Positions 25,970-34,161 of a DNA stretch of 39,965 nucleotides are shown one piece after another (positions within the stretch are counted from its first letter, which is position 1; each line of letters begins with the position of its first letter). This stretch comes from a virus (Duplodnaviria > Caudoviricetes): positions 1 through 39,965 of IMG/VR virus record IMGVR_UViG_3300028840_003139. One strand, 5' to 3'. The notes below the pieces were generated by a model. That model had not been told where the DNA came from, did no database searches, and worked only from the letters and a program-made list of their open reading frames with translations. A program made the translations under genes and the position numbers.

Positions 25970-26703
25970 ATCAGCACCTCCTCTTGGGTCAGCCCTGCCC
26001 GGAGCTCGTCGATCAGCTCGTCGGCCAGGTCGAAATGGTAGCTCCGATAGCGGAGCCCGTTGGTATCCGAAAGCCCTTCGCCATGGTGAACCATCCAACG
26101 CCAGGGCGTGTAAGTCCGCAATTCGCCCATCGGCCGATCCGGCCGTCGCTCAAGAGATTGCAGCGAGCCGAAGATCCGATCGACGTTGAATTTCTCCTCC
26201 TCCAGACAGTGCGGGAATCGATCGATTGTGTCGCGCAGGGCATCGATGGCCCGACCGCGCAGGGCATAGGCCCAGGTGCCCAAAACACAAAAACCCTGCA
26301 AAACCTCCCGATTCACCGATACCGGGCAACGATCTTTCTCCCAATGCCGGCCGCCCAGGTAGAGCATCTCCCAATCGTCGGGGACCACGTCCAGGAATCG
26401 CCGCGCCCGCAGATCGAAATCCGGCAGCAGCAGCGCATCGTCCTCGAAGATCAGCAACGACTCGACGCCGTCGCGCAGCGCCGCGTTGCAGACGGCCAGG
26501 TGCGAGCGAAAGCAGCCCCAAGCCCCGGCCGTCCCCCCAAAACCTTCCGGCGGCGGATGATCGCGGCCGTCGAAGGCCGCGACCCGCTCCGGCTGGCGGT
26601 CGAAGGGCCAGTCGATCCGGCGGAGATTGGCCCGGATCCGCAGCCAGCGGTCGGGCCGCCGATCGAGATTGACGATCACAATCCGGTCGAAATCGATCAT
26701 CAT
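25966..26703 (-). CDS. Glycosyltransferase family 25
   Basis: VNLDRRPDRW, GCFRSH, LIFEDDA, WEMLYLG and TWAY motifs. Confidence 0.88.
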   Translation of the reverse strand: MMIDFDRIVIVNLDRRPDRWLRIRANLRRIDWPFDRQPERVAAFDGRDHPPPEGFGGTAGAWGCFRSHLAVCNAALRDGVESLLIFEDDALLLPDFDLRARRFLDVVPDDWEMLYLGGRHWEKDRCPVSVNREVLQGFCVLGTWAYALRGRAIDALRDTIDRFPHCLEEEKFNVDRIFGSLQSLERRPDRPMGELRTYTPWRWMVHHGEGLSDTNGLRYRSYHFDLADELIDELRAGLTQEEVLI

Positions 26704-26734
26704 TCAGTATTCAGCATTCAGAATTCAGCATTCA
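26701..26734 (+). repeat. (CATTCAG)~5 degenerate array joining the tail tube and GT25 genes
   Basis: Contains the upstream TGA and abuts the downstream ATG. Confidence 0.9.
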
Positions 26735-27088
26735 TGCTGCTGGGGTCGGCACCAAGGTGATCGACGAGAGGGTCTCGCCGTCCATCGAGCCGTCGGTGCC
26801 TCGGTCGACGATCACCGCGTTGGCCAGAGTGCCGTCGGTCGAGCCGTCGTTCCAGGCCACGACCAGGGCGCCGGAGCTGCCGATGTCGGCGCTGGTCGCC
26901 GGCAGACCGCCGACGAAGTTCACGACCAGCTCGGGATCGGGGATCCCCGCCTCGTACTCGTGATTCGTTGATCCCGCACCACTCACTCGGACCCGCGCGC
27001 CGCTCTCGCGAAAGCCGAACGAGCGGAGGGGGCCGAGGGTGACGCTCGCAAAATCCAGCGTCGAGCCGTTGAAGCCATCGTCTGCCAT
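26732..27088 (-). CDS. Major tail (tube) protein, small (118 aa)
   Basis: AGGAG RBS; lies between the tail terminator and chaperone genes; EYEAGIPDP loop motif. Confidence 0.7.
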   Translation of the reverse strand: MADDGFNGSTLDFASVTLGPLRSFGFRESGARVRVSGAGSTNHEYEAGIPDPELVVNFVGGLPATSADIGSSGALVVAWNDGSTDGTLANAVIVDRGTDGSMDGETLSSITLVPTPAA

Positions 27089-27114
27089 TGGTGTTACTCC
27101 TGTTGCTGTGCTTG

Positions 27115-27198
27115 GGGGCGAGGGGTGAGGGGCGAGGGTCTGGTTGTTGTTCTCGGCTGCCGATCTCTCGCCCCTCGCCCCTCGCCGCTCGCTCCTCA
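27115..27198. repeat. Inverted pair of heptamer arrays (GGGGCGA)n ... (TCGCCCC)n
   Basis: The two arms are reverse complements and can form a hairpin in the spacer before the tail tube gene. Confidence 0.85.
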
Positions 27199-27600
27199 CT
27201 CGCTATATTGGATCAGGTAATCCTGCGAAATCCGGTACTCCGTCGCCTCCTCGCCGCTGTCCGGCCCCTGCGGCAGATCCTGTTCGTTGAGGAAATGGCA
27301 CATCGACACGGCCGGACTGCCGTCGGTGTCCCTCCAGCCGTTCAGCGCCGTGCGGACGGCGTTGGCCAAGGCCCGGGCGCCCAGGGGCGTGCTCGACCAG
27401 AGATCGAGCTGGATCCGGGCAAACGCCGTCGAGCTGTTCTTGTCCGCCCCGTTGACCCAGTCGGTCGAGATCCGCTGATAGGTGATCGCGTCGGACTGGC
27501 CCCAGTCCGTCTTGCGGTGGTGCTTGCGGATCCGATCGCCGACCAGGTCGGTGACGGCGGTCGTGGCCAGCAGTTTCGCAAGCATCCGGGTCTCGGGCAT
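27196..27600 (-). CDS. Tail terminator / completion protein (DUF3168-like)
   Basis: LVGDRI...ITYQRIS...RIQLDLWS...LANAVRTAL pattern. Confidence 0.82.
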   Translation of the reverse strand: MPETRMLAKLLATTAVTDLVGDRIRKHHRKTDWGQSDAITYQRISTDWVNGADKNSSTAFARIQLDLWSSTPLGARALANAVRTALNGWRDTDGSPAVSMCHFLNEQDLPQGPDSGEEATEYRISQDYLIQYSE

Positions 27601-27604
27601 TTTG

Positions 27605-28240
27605 CTATCTTCCCCGCGCGTGGATCCATTGCCAGGTCCGGCCCGTCAGCCCGGCCCGGGCGTGGTAGCTGGCCTGCTGGGCCTCGCGCTCGACCCGAGC
27701 GCGGTGCTCTTGGATGGCGATTGTCAAGGCCTCGCGCTTGTAACAGTCAAAGGCCTCGCGCATAAATGGTCTACCTGGAACGAAGTGCGCTCCCCGTTGG
27801 CTCGCATACCAACCGCTCGGCTCATGGCCGAACTCCAGCAGATGGCCATGCGCCCCCTGCGGCCAGCGAGGCCCTACGGCCACGAAGACTACGCCTTGCG
27901 CCGTGTAGCTCTTCAGCCGGTACCCGATTGACCGTTCGAGCTGCCGGGTTCGAATGCGCTCTTTTCGGGTGCGGTAGCTAGGCACCCGGCCCTTGCGTCG
28001 GCGATGGAGTAAGCGGCCTCCATAAAACTCCTTCAAGGTGTGGCGGGTGTCGTACTGCCTCACGAGCGTCCGCTCGGAGCGATGGCCGAAAAGCCGGTGG
28101 CAATTTGCCTTCGCCGCCCGAACGATCGGACGCGCAGCCTTGATCATCGCCCCCCTCGTCACCTTCCGCTCAATCCGTGGGCCCAGCTCTTTCAAGAGCC
28201 CTTCTAGCTGACGAACACCCTCTACGTTGCACCCGATCAC
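27605..28240 (-). CDS. HK97 gp10-like tail component
   Basis: VEGVRQL...HLLEFGH...PGRPFMREAF. Confidence 0.82.
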   Translation of the reverse strand: MIGCNVEGVRQLEGLLKELGPRIERKVTRGAMIKAARPIVRAAKANCHRLFGHRSERTLVRQYDTRHTLKEFYGGRLLHRRRKGRVPSYRTRKERIRTRQLERSIGYRLKSYTAQGVVFVAVGPRWPQGAHGHLLEFGHEPSGWYASQRGAHFVPGRPFMREAFDCYKREALTIAIQEHRARVEREAQQASYHARAGLTGRTWQWIHARGR

Positions 28241-28560
28241 GACACGTCCTCCACGCAGAGCAAGAGCAATTCGTGATTCCGCTCCTCGACGTTTTCAACC
28301 GCGACGACGTACAGGTAGCGTGTCCCGAGCTTGATCCGCAGCGTGGCGTTGATCCCCGACCGGTAGCGGATTGAGAGCAGGTGCGTCAGCTCGGCCCTGA
28401 TCTGCTGGGCCCGATAAAACTCCCGGCCGCTCTGGGGCAGGACTGCGGCCCACACCTCGACCACGTCGGACCACGTGACGGGTTTTTGGCCCAAAGCGTC
28501 GGCCGAGCCCTCGACCGGCTCCTGGATCGTCACTCGGTTTCGCAACGTGCCTGCGCGCAT
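28237..28560 (-). CDS. Head closure / head-tail adaptor (SPP1 gp16-like)
   Basis: MRAGTLRNRVTIQ...VWAAV...SGRE...IRYRSGI. Confidence 0.9.
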   Translation of the reverse strand: MRAGTLRNRVTIQEPVEGSADALGQKPVTWSDVVEVWAAVLPQSGREFYRAQQIRAELTHLLSIRYRSGINATLRIKLGTRYLYVVAVENVEERNHELLLLCVEDVS

Positions 28561-28566
28561 TGATCA

Positions 28567-28800
28567 TCAGACCTCCCGATAGCCGCCCGCGTTGATCTGG
28601 CGGACCAGCTCCTGGAGCGTGCCCACCAGCCGGATCGTCTCGCCATCGTCGGTCACCGCCTCGATCACGGCCTTGCCTTCGAGCGAATCGCCGGTCGGCA
28701 CCATCCGATGGATGCTGTCCGGATCGATCGCCACCTCCCGGCGCTGAATGTCATTGGGCCCCGCGCCCCGCCGTCGGCACTCTTGGAAGATTTCCAACAT
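28567..28800 (-). CDS. Hypothetical protein (77 aa)
   Basis: GGAGG RBS; inserted between the connector genes. Confidence 0.65.
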   Translation of the reverse strand: MLEIFQECRRRGAGPNDIQRREVAIDPDSIHRMVPTGDSLEGKAVIEAVTDDGETIRLVGTLQELVRQINAGGYREV

Positions 28801-28824
28801 TTCGTTCTTCCTCCTTCGGCCTGC

Positions 28825-29412
28825 TTAGGGAAACTCGGCCAACAGGTCCGCACAGCGATACGGTGCCAAGAGCGAATCGACCGTCATCGGGATGAGCGTC
28901 GAAGTCGTCCCCAGCGCGACCGGCTCGCGGTTCTCGAACCAATGACCGGCCAGCAGCAGGATCGCCTGGCGGATCGGCCGCGGCACGCTCGCCGCCGTGG
29001 TCCCGTAGCCGGCTTTGAACTGGATCACGATATCGTCCTCGTGGCCTCGGCAGGTCGGCCAGGACTGGCCGTATTTCAGCCGCACAAACCCCGGCTCGCT
29101 GGCCGTGTCCAGCTCGTACACCGTATCGGCCAAGGTCTGCTGGACGCCGGCGGTGTCGTAATACTTGATGTGGGTGACCGAGATCAGCCGCGGCCGCGGC
29201 ATCTTGATCGGATTCTTGAACTCGCTCAGGTAGAAATCCCAGCTCTGGCTGATCAGTGCCCGCCAGGTGATCTCCTCGACGTGCTCGCGGGCCGCCTCGA
29301 TCAGGGCGGCGAGATACGCGTCCTCGTCTGTCCCATCGATCCGCAGATGGCTTTTGAGCTCGTCCGCCGAGACGGGCTCCACGGTCGGCGCGGTGGCTAA
29401 TTTCCAGCTCAC
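28825..29412 (-). CDS. Head-tail connector (HK97 gp6 / phiE125 gp8-like)
   Basis: EPVSADELKSHLRID...AILLLAGHWFENRE...SLLAPYR. Confidence 0.92.
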   Translation of the reverse strand: MSWKLATAPTVEPVSADELKSHLRIDGTDEDAYLAALIEAAREHVEEITWRALISQSWDFYLSEFKNPIKMPRPRLISVTHIKYYDTAGVQQTLADTVYELDTASEPGFVRLKYGQSWPTCRGHEDDIVIQFKAGYGTTAASVPRPIRQAILLLAGHWFENREPVALGTTSTLIPMTVDSLLAPYRCADLLAEFP

Positions 29413-29420
29413 TTCTTAGC

Positions 29421-29457
29421 TCTCAGCATTCAGCATTCAGCATTCAGCCTTCAACAT
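29421..29457 (+). repeat. (CAGCATT)~5 array
   Basis: Visible; intergenic. Confidence 0.92.
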
Positions 29458-29679
29458 TTACTCGGCGGCCATGGCCTTGATCTGCTGCTCGGCCTCCTCG
29501 GCGGTCCCCACAAACGGCTTGGAGCGGCGGATGCGCCGCCGATCCGCCTTCCGCCTTCCGCCTTCCGCCTTCTCTTCGGCAATGCCGCGCTGAATCAGCA
29601 GGTTGGCCATCCCGTCGGGCAAATCGTGTTCGGTCCCCTCACGCAACGCCCGCCAACGGCTCTTCATAAGGACGCGCAT
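29458..29679 (-). CDS. Small head-region protein (73 aa)
   Basis: AAGGAG RBS; contains an in-frame (GGCGGAA)n heptamer tract. Confidence 0.7.
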   Translation of the reverse strand: MRVLMKSRWRALREGTEHDLPDGMANLLIQRGIAEEKAEGGRRKADRRRIRRSKPFVGTAEEAEQQIKAMAAE

Positions 29680-29736
29680 AGATTCTCCTTGGCCCTTTGG
29701 GCCTCGCGGCTTCCGGCTAGTCTCCAGCGCGAGTTC

Positions 29737-30192
29737 TCATACGCGGAGAATTTCCTCGACTCCGGCCTGCGCGGCCGTCAGAGGCGCGATCTCGCCGCGG
29801 CTGAGTCGCGCAAACACCACGACGTAGGCTCCGGTGGTTCCGTCTCCGACGGTGATCACGGCGTCGATAAACCGCTTGCGCTTGCGGAGATCGAGCTGGA
29901 AGAGCCACATCTTGTTGTCGTCGTCGGCCGCCGGGAGGCTCGATGTCGTGCCGGCGATGTTCGCATCCGTGCCGATCACCGTCCCGCTGATATCGACGTG
30001 ACCGGATCCGGTCGCGTCGGATTCGGTGAGTTTCAACGCGCTCAGCGCGATGTCGAGGTCTCCGATCGCCACCAGCAGCTCCAGATAATCCCAGCCAGCC
30101 GTGTCCAGTTCAGCGACCGTCACCGAGGCGTTGTCGACCTTGGCGGCCGGGGGAGTCAGCATCAGCCATTTGGCCTTTTGTGCGTGAATCAT
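29737..30192 (-). CDS. Putative head decoration / structural protein (151 aa)
   Basis: Directly downstream of the capsid gene; beta-rich. Confidence 0.6.
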   Translation of the reverse strand: MIHAQKAKWLMLTPPAAKVDNASVTVAELDTAGWDYLELLVAIGDLDIALSALKLTESDATGSGHVDISGTVIGTDANIAGTTSSLPAADDDNKMWLFQLDLRKRKRFIDAVITVGDGTTGAYVVVFARLSRGEIAPLTAAQAGVEEILRV

Positions 30193-30302
30193 TTCTATCT
30201 TTCCTTGTTCTTTCTTGGCGTCTGATCTGAGTATCAAAAGCCCCGGCGGCCCCGGCCCGGGGTAGTGACCAGGACCGCACGGGACCGGAGACTGTCGGTT
30301 CG

Positions 30303-31688
30303 TTACGCGGCCGGCAGAGTCATCGAGATGATCGGGCCGGCGTTACTCGCATCCCCTCTGCCGTGGACATTGATGTCCATCCGCTCGGTGCCCAGGATCC
30401 CGATCTGATCGTACTCGAAATAGCGATCGGTCGAGACCTTGACCCGCACTTGCCGTCGATCGCCCAAGAGTGCGCCTAGCCGGAAATCGCCGAAGTAGAC
30501 CTTGCCGGTCGCGTTTGCGTCAGAAGTCAAAACCTTGTTCATCTTCTGACTGATCTTGACCGGGTAGCCCAGGAAGACCCGCCGACGTGTGCCATTCTCC
30601 AGGATCTCCATCGTGTTGCCGCCGGCGGCGGCCGCCAATCGGAGCATGGAGGCCGCCCAGCCGGCCTTCGAGATCACCCACACCGGATCGATCCCCGGGA
30701 ACTCCGGCAATTGTCCGATCATGCTCTCGAAGTCCTCGAGATCGAGACTCCCAAACGTCAGATTGCCGGCAATCGCCGTATAAACGCTCCCGGCCGCGAC
30801 GGCATTTTTCACGCCGATGATGCCGTGGTAGGTGCTCGTCCCATCGCCGAGCAACAGGCAGCCGTCTTCGGCCGACGCGAAAGCATAGGAGATTTCGTCG
30901 GCGAGATCGTCGGCCAGGTTGATGATGGCGTCCTCATCGAGCTCCGAAGAGTGCTTGGTCAGCACTCCCCATTTCCGGGCCACCAGCCCAACATCGTCCC
31001 AGCTCTTCTCCGATTCGGTGATGGCCTCGTTATCCCCGATGGGATAGGCCGTCAGTCCGGTGGACCGACGCGGAAAGGTTTTTTCGTCACTGCCCATGGG
31101 TTTCACCGCGCAGATCTGGCGGGCCAGACCATACTCTTCTCGCAATGAGATCACGGCGCTCTCGAACTCTGGGATCACGAGGGCGCCGCCTTTCGGATTG
31201 CTGTCGGTGCCCATCGCCAGGCTTTCAATCCCATGCTCGCGGCACCAGAGCATGGCTGGCTCGTGACCGTAGAGCACGGCCGCCAACCATTGCCCCGACC
31301 GATAGGCATTCTCGGCAGCGCCCGGCCCTTCAAAGCCGCGGAGTTTCCCGGCTCGGTGATGTTGCCGACGGACTTCCGCCCGCTCCTCGGCATTCCACTC
31401 GCCGGGCAAACTGAGATCGTCGCCCGGATCGGGCGGGGTCGTCTGCCGCGGCCGGGGCTTTGCGAGCCGCTTTTGGCGGGCCGCCTGGCGTTGCCGCCGC
31501 TTCTGGTCGGCGTCGATCCGGTCGATCTCCGCCTGGAGCTTGTCGGCCTGGGCCTCAAGCTCGTCGTAGCGTTTGGTCTCCTCGTCGGACAGCGGCCGGT
31601 TTTCCCCCTCGGCCGCCTTGAGGATCTGGTCCAGCTCGGCCGTCGCGCCGGCGAACTGCGTGGAGAGTTCATCAATCGTTGTCGGCAT
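30303..31688 (-). CDS. Major capsid protein, HK97 family, with N-terminal coiled-coil delta domain
   Basis: GGALVIPEF, SSELDEDA, FLGYPV, VYFGDF and ERMD motifs; GGAG RBS before MPTTID. Confidence 0.95.
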   Translation of the reverse strand: MPTTIDELSTQFAGATAELDQILKAAEGENRPLSDEETKRYDELEAQADKLQAEIDRIDADQKRRQRQAARQKRLAKPRPRQTTPPDPGDDLSLPGEWNAEERAEVRRQHHRAGKLRGFEGPGAAENAYRSGQWLAAVLYGHEPAMLWCREHGIESLAMGTDSNPKGGALVIPEFESAVISLREEYGLARQICAVKPMGSDEKTFPRRSTGLTAYPIGDNEAITESEKSWDDVGLVARKWGVLTKHSSELDEDAIINLADDLADEISYAFASAEDGCLLLGDGTSTYHGIIGVKNAVAAGSVYTAIAGNLTFGSLDLEDFESMIGQLPEFPGIDPVWVISKAGWAASMLRLAAAAGGNTMEILENGTRRRVFLGYPVKISQKMNKVLTSDANATGKVYFGDFRLGALLGDRRQVRVKVSTDRYFEYDQIGILGTERMDINVHGRGDASNAGPIISMTLPAA

Positions 31689-31945
31689 CTTGGTTGCATC
31701 TCCCGCGCCGGCCGAGTCGCGAGAGCGCAAAGCAAAACGCCGCCGCGGAGACCCGCTGCCGGCGACACTGTGAATGGGGTGTCGTCGAGTAGCGAATCCC
31801 CGCGACGGCGTGGATTTTCGGCTACGTCCCGCCCGATGGGTCCGAGGCCACGGCCCCGGCCTCATCGGGCAGCTTGTCAGCCCTCCAGCCTACCGGATCG
31901 GCTGGCCCGATTGCAAACGGAATTTGGGCAAGAAGCGGGGGAGGG

Positions 31946-31975
31946 GGAATGCTGAATGCTGAATGCTGAATGCTG
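31946..31975 (+). repeat. (GCTGAAT)~3.5 array abutting the island boundary
   Basis: Visible. Confidence 0.92.
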
Positions 31976-32064
31976 CACTAGGAGCTGCCGGGGCCGCACC
32001 GCCCGGTAACCCCCCCCTAACGGGCCATTTTGCCGCGAATCCGGAAAATATACGATCATATCTA

Positions 32065-32092
32065 TTGACGGCCGGGCCGAGATATATATAAT
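32065..32092 (+). promoter_or_regulatory. Sigma70-type promoter TTGACG-N16-TATAAT
   Basis: Near-consensus boxes in an AT-rich patch upstream of the XRE gene. Confidence 0.75.
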
Positions 32093-32115
32093 CATGTATA
32101 AATGGAGACACGACC

Positions 32116-32361
32116 ATGATGACGACAATCGCACACACGGAGGGAATCGGGCGGCAGATCCGGGAGTGCCGAGAGGCGGCCGGACTGAGCCAGGCGGAGT
32201 TGGCCGAGCGGGCTGGGCTCTCGCAGCCACACGTCTCGCTGATCGAGGCGGACGGCCGACCGGAGCTGTCCATCCGTACATTGATGCGGTTGGCCGACGC
32301 GCTGAATGCGGACTGGTGCTATGACGGCCGGCGGATCGTCTTCCGCCGACGGAAACCATAG
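32116..32361 (+). CDS. XRE/Cro-CI-type HTH regulator (81 aa)
   Basis: IRECREAAGLSQAELAERAGLSQPHVSLIE...TLMRLADAL. Confidence 0.93.
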   Translation: MMTTIAHTEGIGRQIRECREAAGLSQAELAERAGLSQPHVSLIEADGRPELSIRTLMRLADALNADWCYDGRRIVFRRRKP

Positions 32362-32424
32362 CCGGGCGACCGGGCTGTCAGGTCGCACGTTGGCCGCGAG
32401 CGGATCGCGAGGAAGGGAAACAAA

Positions 32425-32658
32425 ATGACACGGCAGACTGAATCGGAGGCTGCGCCACGCAGCCATTTTCTGGATTTGGTGGATTCGGGTAAATGCCCGG
32501 CCAGCAGCAGTGGCGAGAAACGTGCAAGGCGAATCGCCTTGGTCCTCCTCGATGAGCTGCCCGGGCTAGACGCCGAAGCGGTCGAGGGACTACACGATTT
32601 CCTTGATCTCGTCGAGGCCATGCCGAGCACGGCAAGGAGTTTGGTCGAGGGGCCTTGA
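32425..32658 (+). CDS. Hypothetical protein (77 aa)
   Basis: Purine-rich RBS, ATG start. Confidence 0.6.
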   Translation: MTRQTESEAAPRSHFLDLVDSGKCPASSSGEKRARRIALVLLDELPGLDAEAVEGLHDFLDLVEAMPSTARSLVEGP

Positions 32659-32705
32659 GGCCGCAGCCACGCCACCGGCCGACGGTGGCAGAAAGGGAGC
32701 GATCA

Positions 32706-33077
32706 ATGCAATTAGATGATTTGGATGATCTTGCGGGTGAGATTTTGCGTGCCATTGACGTAGACGAGGACAACAATCAAATCCTCCTGACTACGGAGAG
32801 CGGCAGAGAGATCCTCCTGCACCACTGCCAAAGCTGTTGCGAGAAGGTCCGCATTCTCGACACTGAAGGGGAGTGGCGTCAACTGCTGGGTAAGCCGCTC
32901 TTGGATGCCACGCATCACGAGCAACAGGCCGATACCGCGCGAGGCTCTGAGACGCGAACGGCACTGACGTTCTGCGTCGATGGAGCAACGGTAATTTCGA
33001 GGTGGATCGGAAAATCCAACGGATATTACAGCGAGTCAGTCCATATCCGCGAATTGACGGAGCCGTGCCAGCCGTGA
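32706..33077 (+). CDS. Conserved-type phage protein (HxQxCCExV...SNGYYSE family)
   Basis: HCQSCCEKV and RWIGKSNGYYSESV motifs; GGGAG RBS. Confidence 0.8.
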   Translation: MQLDDLDDLAGEILRAIDVDEDNNQILLTTESGREILLHHCQSCCEKVRILDTEGEWRQLLGKPLLDATHHEQQADTARGSETRTALTFCVDGATVISRWIGKSNGYYSESVHIRELTEPCQP

Positions 33078-33147
33078 TTCAGTATTAGCCGGGCCACCGG
33101 GCTGTCAGGTGGCGAATTTAACCGCCTCTCGAGGCAGGAGCTTTACG

Positions 33148-33648
33148 ATGGAAGATTGGACGAAACAACTCAAGGAGTGGGGTCAACACCGGCAGTGGCG
33201 ACCCTTGCCGCGACGTGGCGCGCTGCGAGAGTTCTGCAACGCCAACGGCTTTGGGGAAAGGGGAGTGGCGGCCGATCGCGCCTTTCGGCTGGGTTATGCC
33301 GCACTGGCTCGCGCGACCGCCGAGGAGCGGTCCGCCTGTCAGGACTGGCAGGCCGTCCTGGAGTTGCAGCAGCGGCAAGTAAAAAATGAGGCTGATCGCC
33401 TAAAGGCAATCGCCGAAAAGCGGCAACGATCGCTCGCAGCAATGGCAGAGAATCCGGGCTGGAAATTGCTTGCCGGCGAAAAGACCGAGATACTAGCCAC
33501 AGGCACGCGGCGAGAGGTCGAGGCGAATCTCTGGCGTGTCACCAAATGTGCTCGTGAGCCAAGCACGGGACGTGGCTGCTGGATGATTCTCGCGCCGGAT
33601 GGCACTGAGGCCACGCGCGGCGGTTTCGACGGCGAGATCTACTGGTAA
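33148..33648 (+). CDS. Hypothetical protein (166 aa)
   Basis: AGGAG RBS. Confidence 0.7.
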   Translation: MEDWTKQLKEWGQHRQWRPLPRRGALREFCNANGFGERGVAADRAFRLGYAALARATAEERSACQDWQAVLELQQRQVKNEADRLKAIAEKRQRSLAAMAENPGWKLLAGEKTEILATGTRREVEANLWRVTKCAREPSTGRGCWMILAPDGTEATRGGFDGEIYW

Positions 33649-33745
33649 TCTCCTCGCCGATAAACGGCAGAAAGGGTGAAACGATGGCTTATCACGGAAC
33701 GGGGCACTAGTGACTCACGTATATCAATGCCGAAAGGAAAGTGAA

Positions 33746-34141
33746 ATGAAGGCAACAGAATACCGAGCATGGGCGCACCAAAACCAAGTCGCTCACGGCT
33801 CCATGTCCGCTGTCGAGTGCGAGACGATCGCAGAGGCCGAAAGTTACGTAACGGATTTTCCGACGTGCCAGCATGGATTCGCCACGTGCGGGCAGATCGC
33901 GTTGGCCCGGACCGACGACGCCGAGGTCGCCAACAGGGCACGCGAGCTGCTGATAGCTGCCGGTTATCGCTGGGATGGGGCGGATGGTTATTGGCTCAAA
34001 CCGCAATTCTGCGCATGCGCGAGGATCCATCGTAGCCTAAAATATGCACGGATCTCCGTCAGTGCAGCCGAGGGGCCAATCGCGTACCGTTTGGGGCCAG
34101 GCGGTTATCTGCCTCCCGGCGATCGCCCGACCTTGGGTTAA
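33746..34141 (+). CDS. Hypothetical protein (131 aa)
   Basis: AAGGA RBS. Confidence 0.6.
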   Translation: MKATEYRAWAHQNQVAHGSMSAVECETIAEAESYVTDFPTCQHGFATCGQIALARTDDAEVANRARELLIAAGYRWDGADGYWLKPQFCACARIHRSLKYARISVSAAEGPIAYRLGPGGYLPPGDRPTLG

Positions 34142-34161
34142 GGACGCCGACCCGGGCTGCA

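Noticed and set aside
33684-33710. 8-aa mini-ORF MAYHGTGH in the island
   Set aside because: Too short to support without expression or conservation data.
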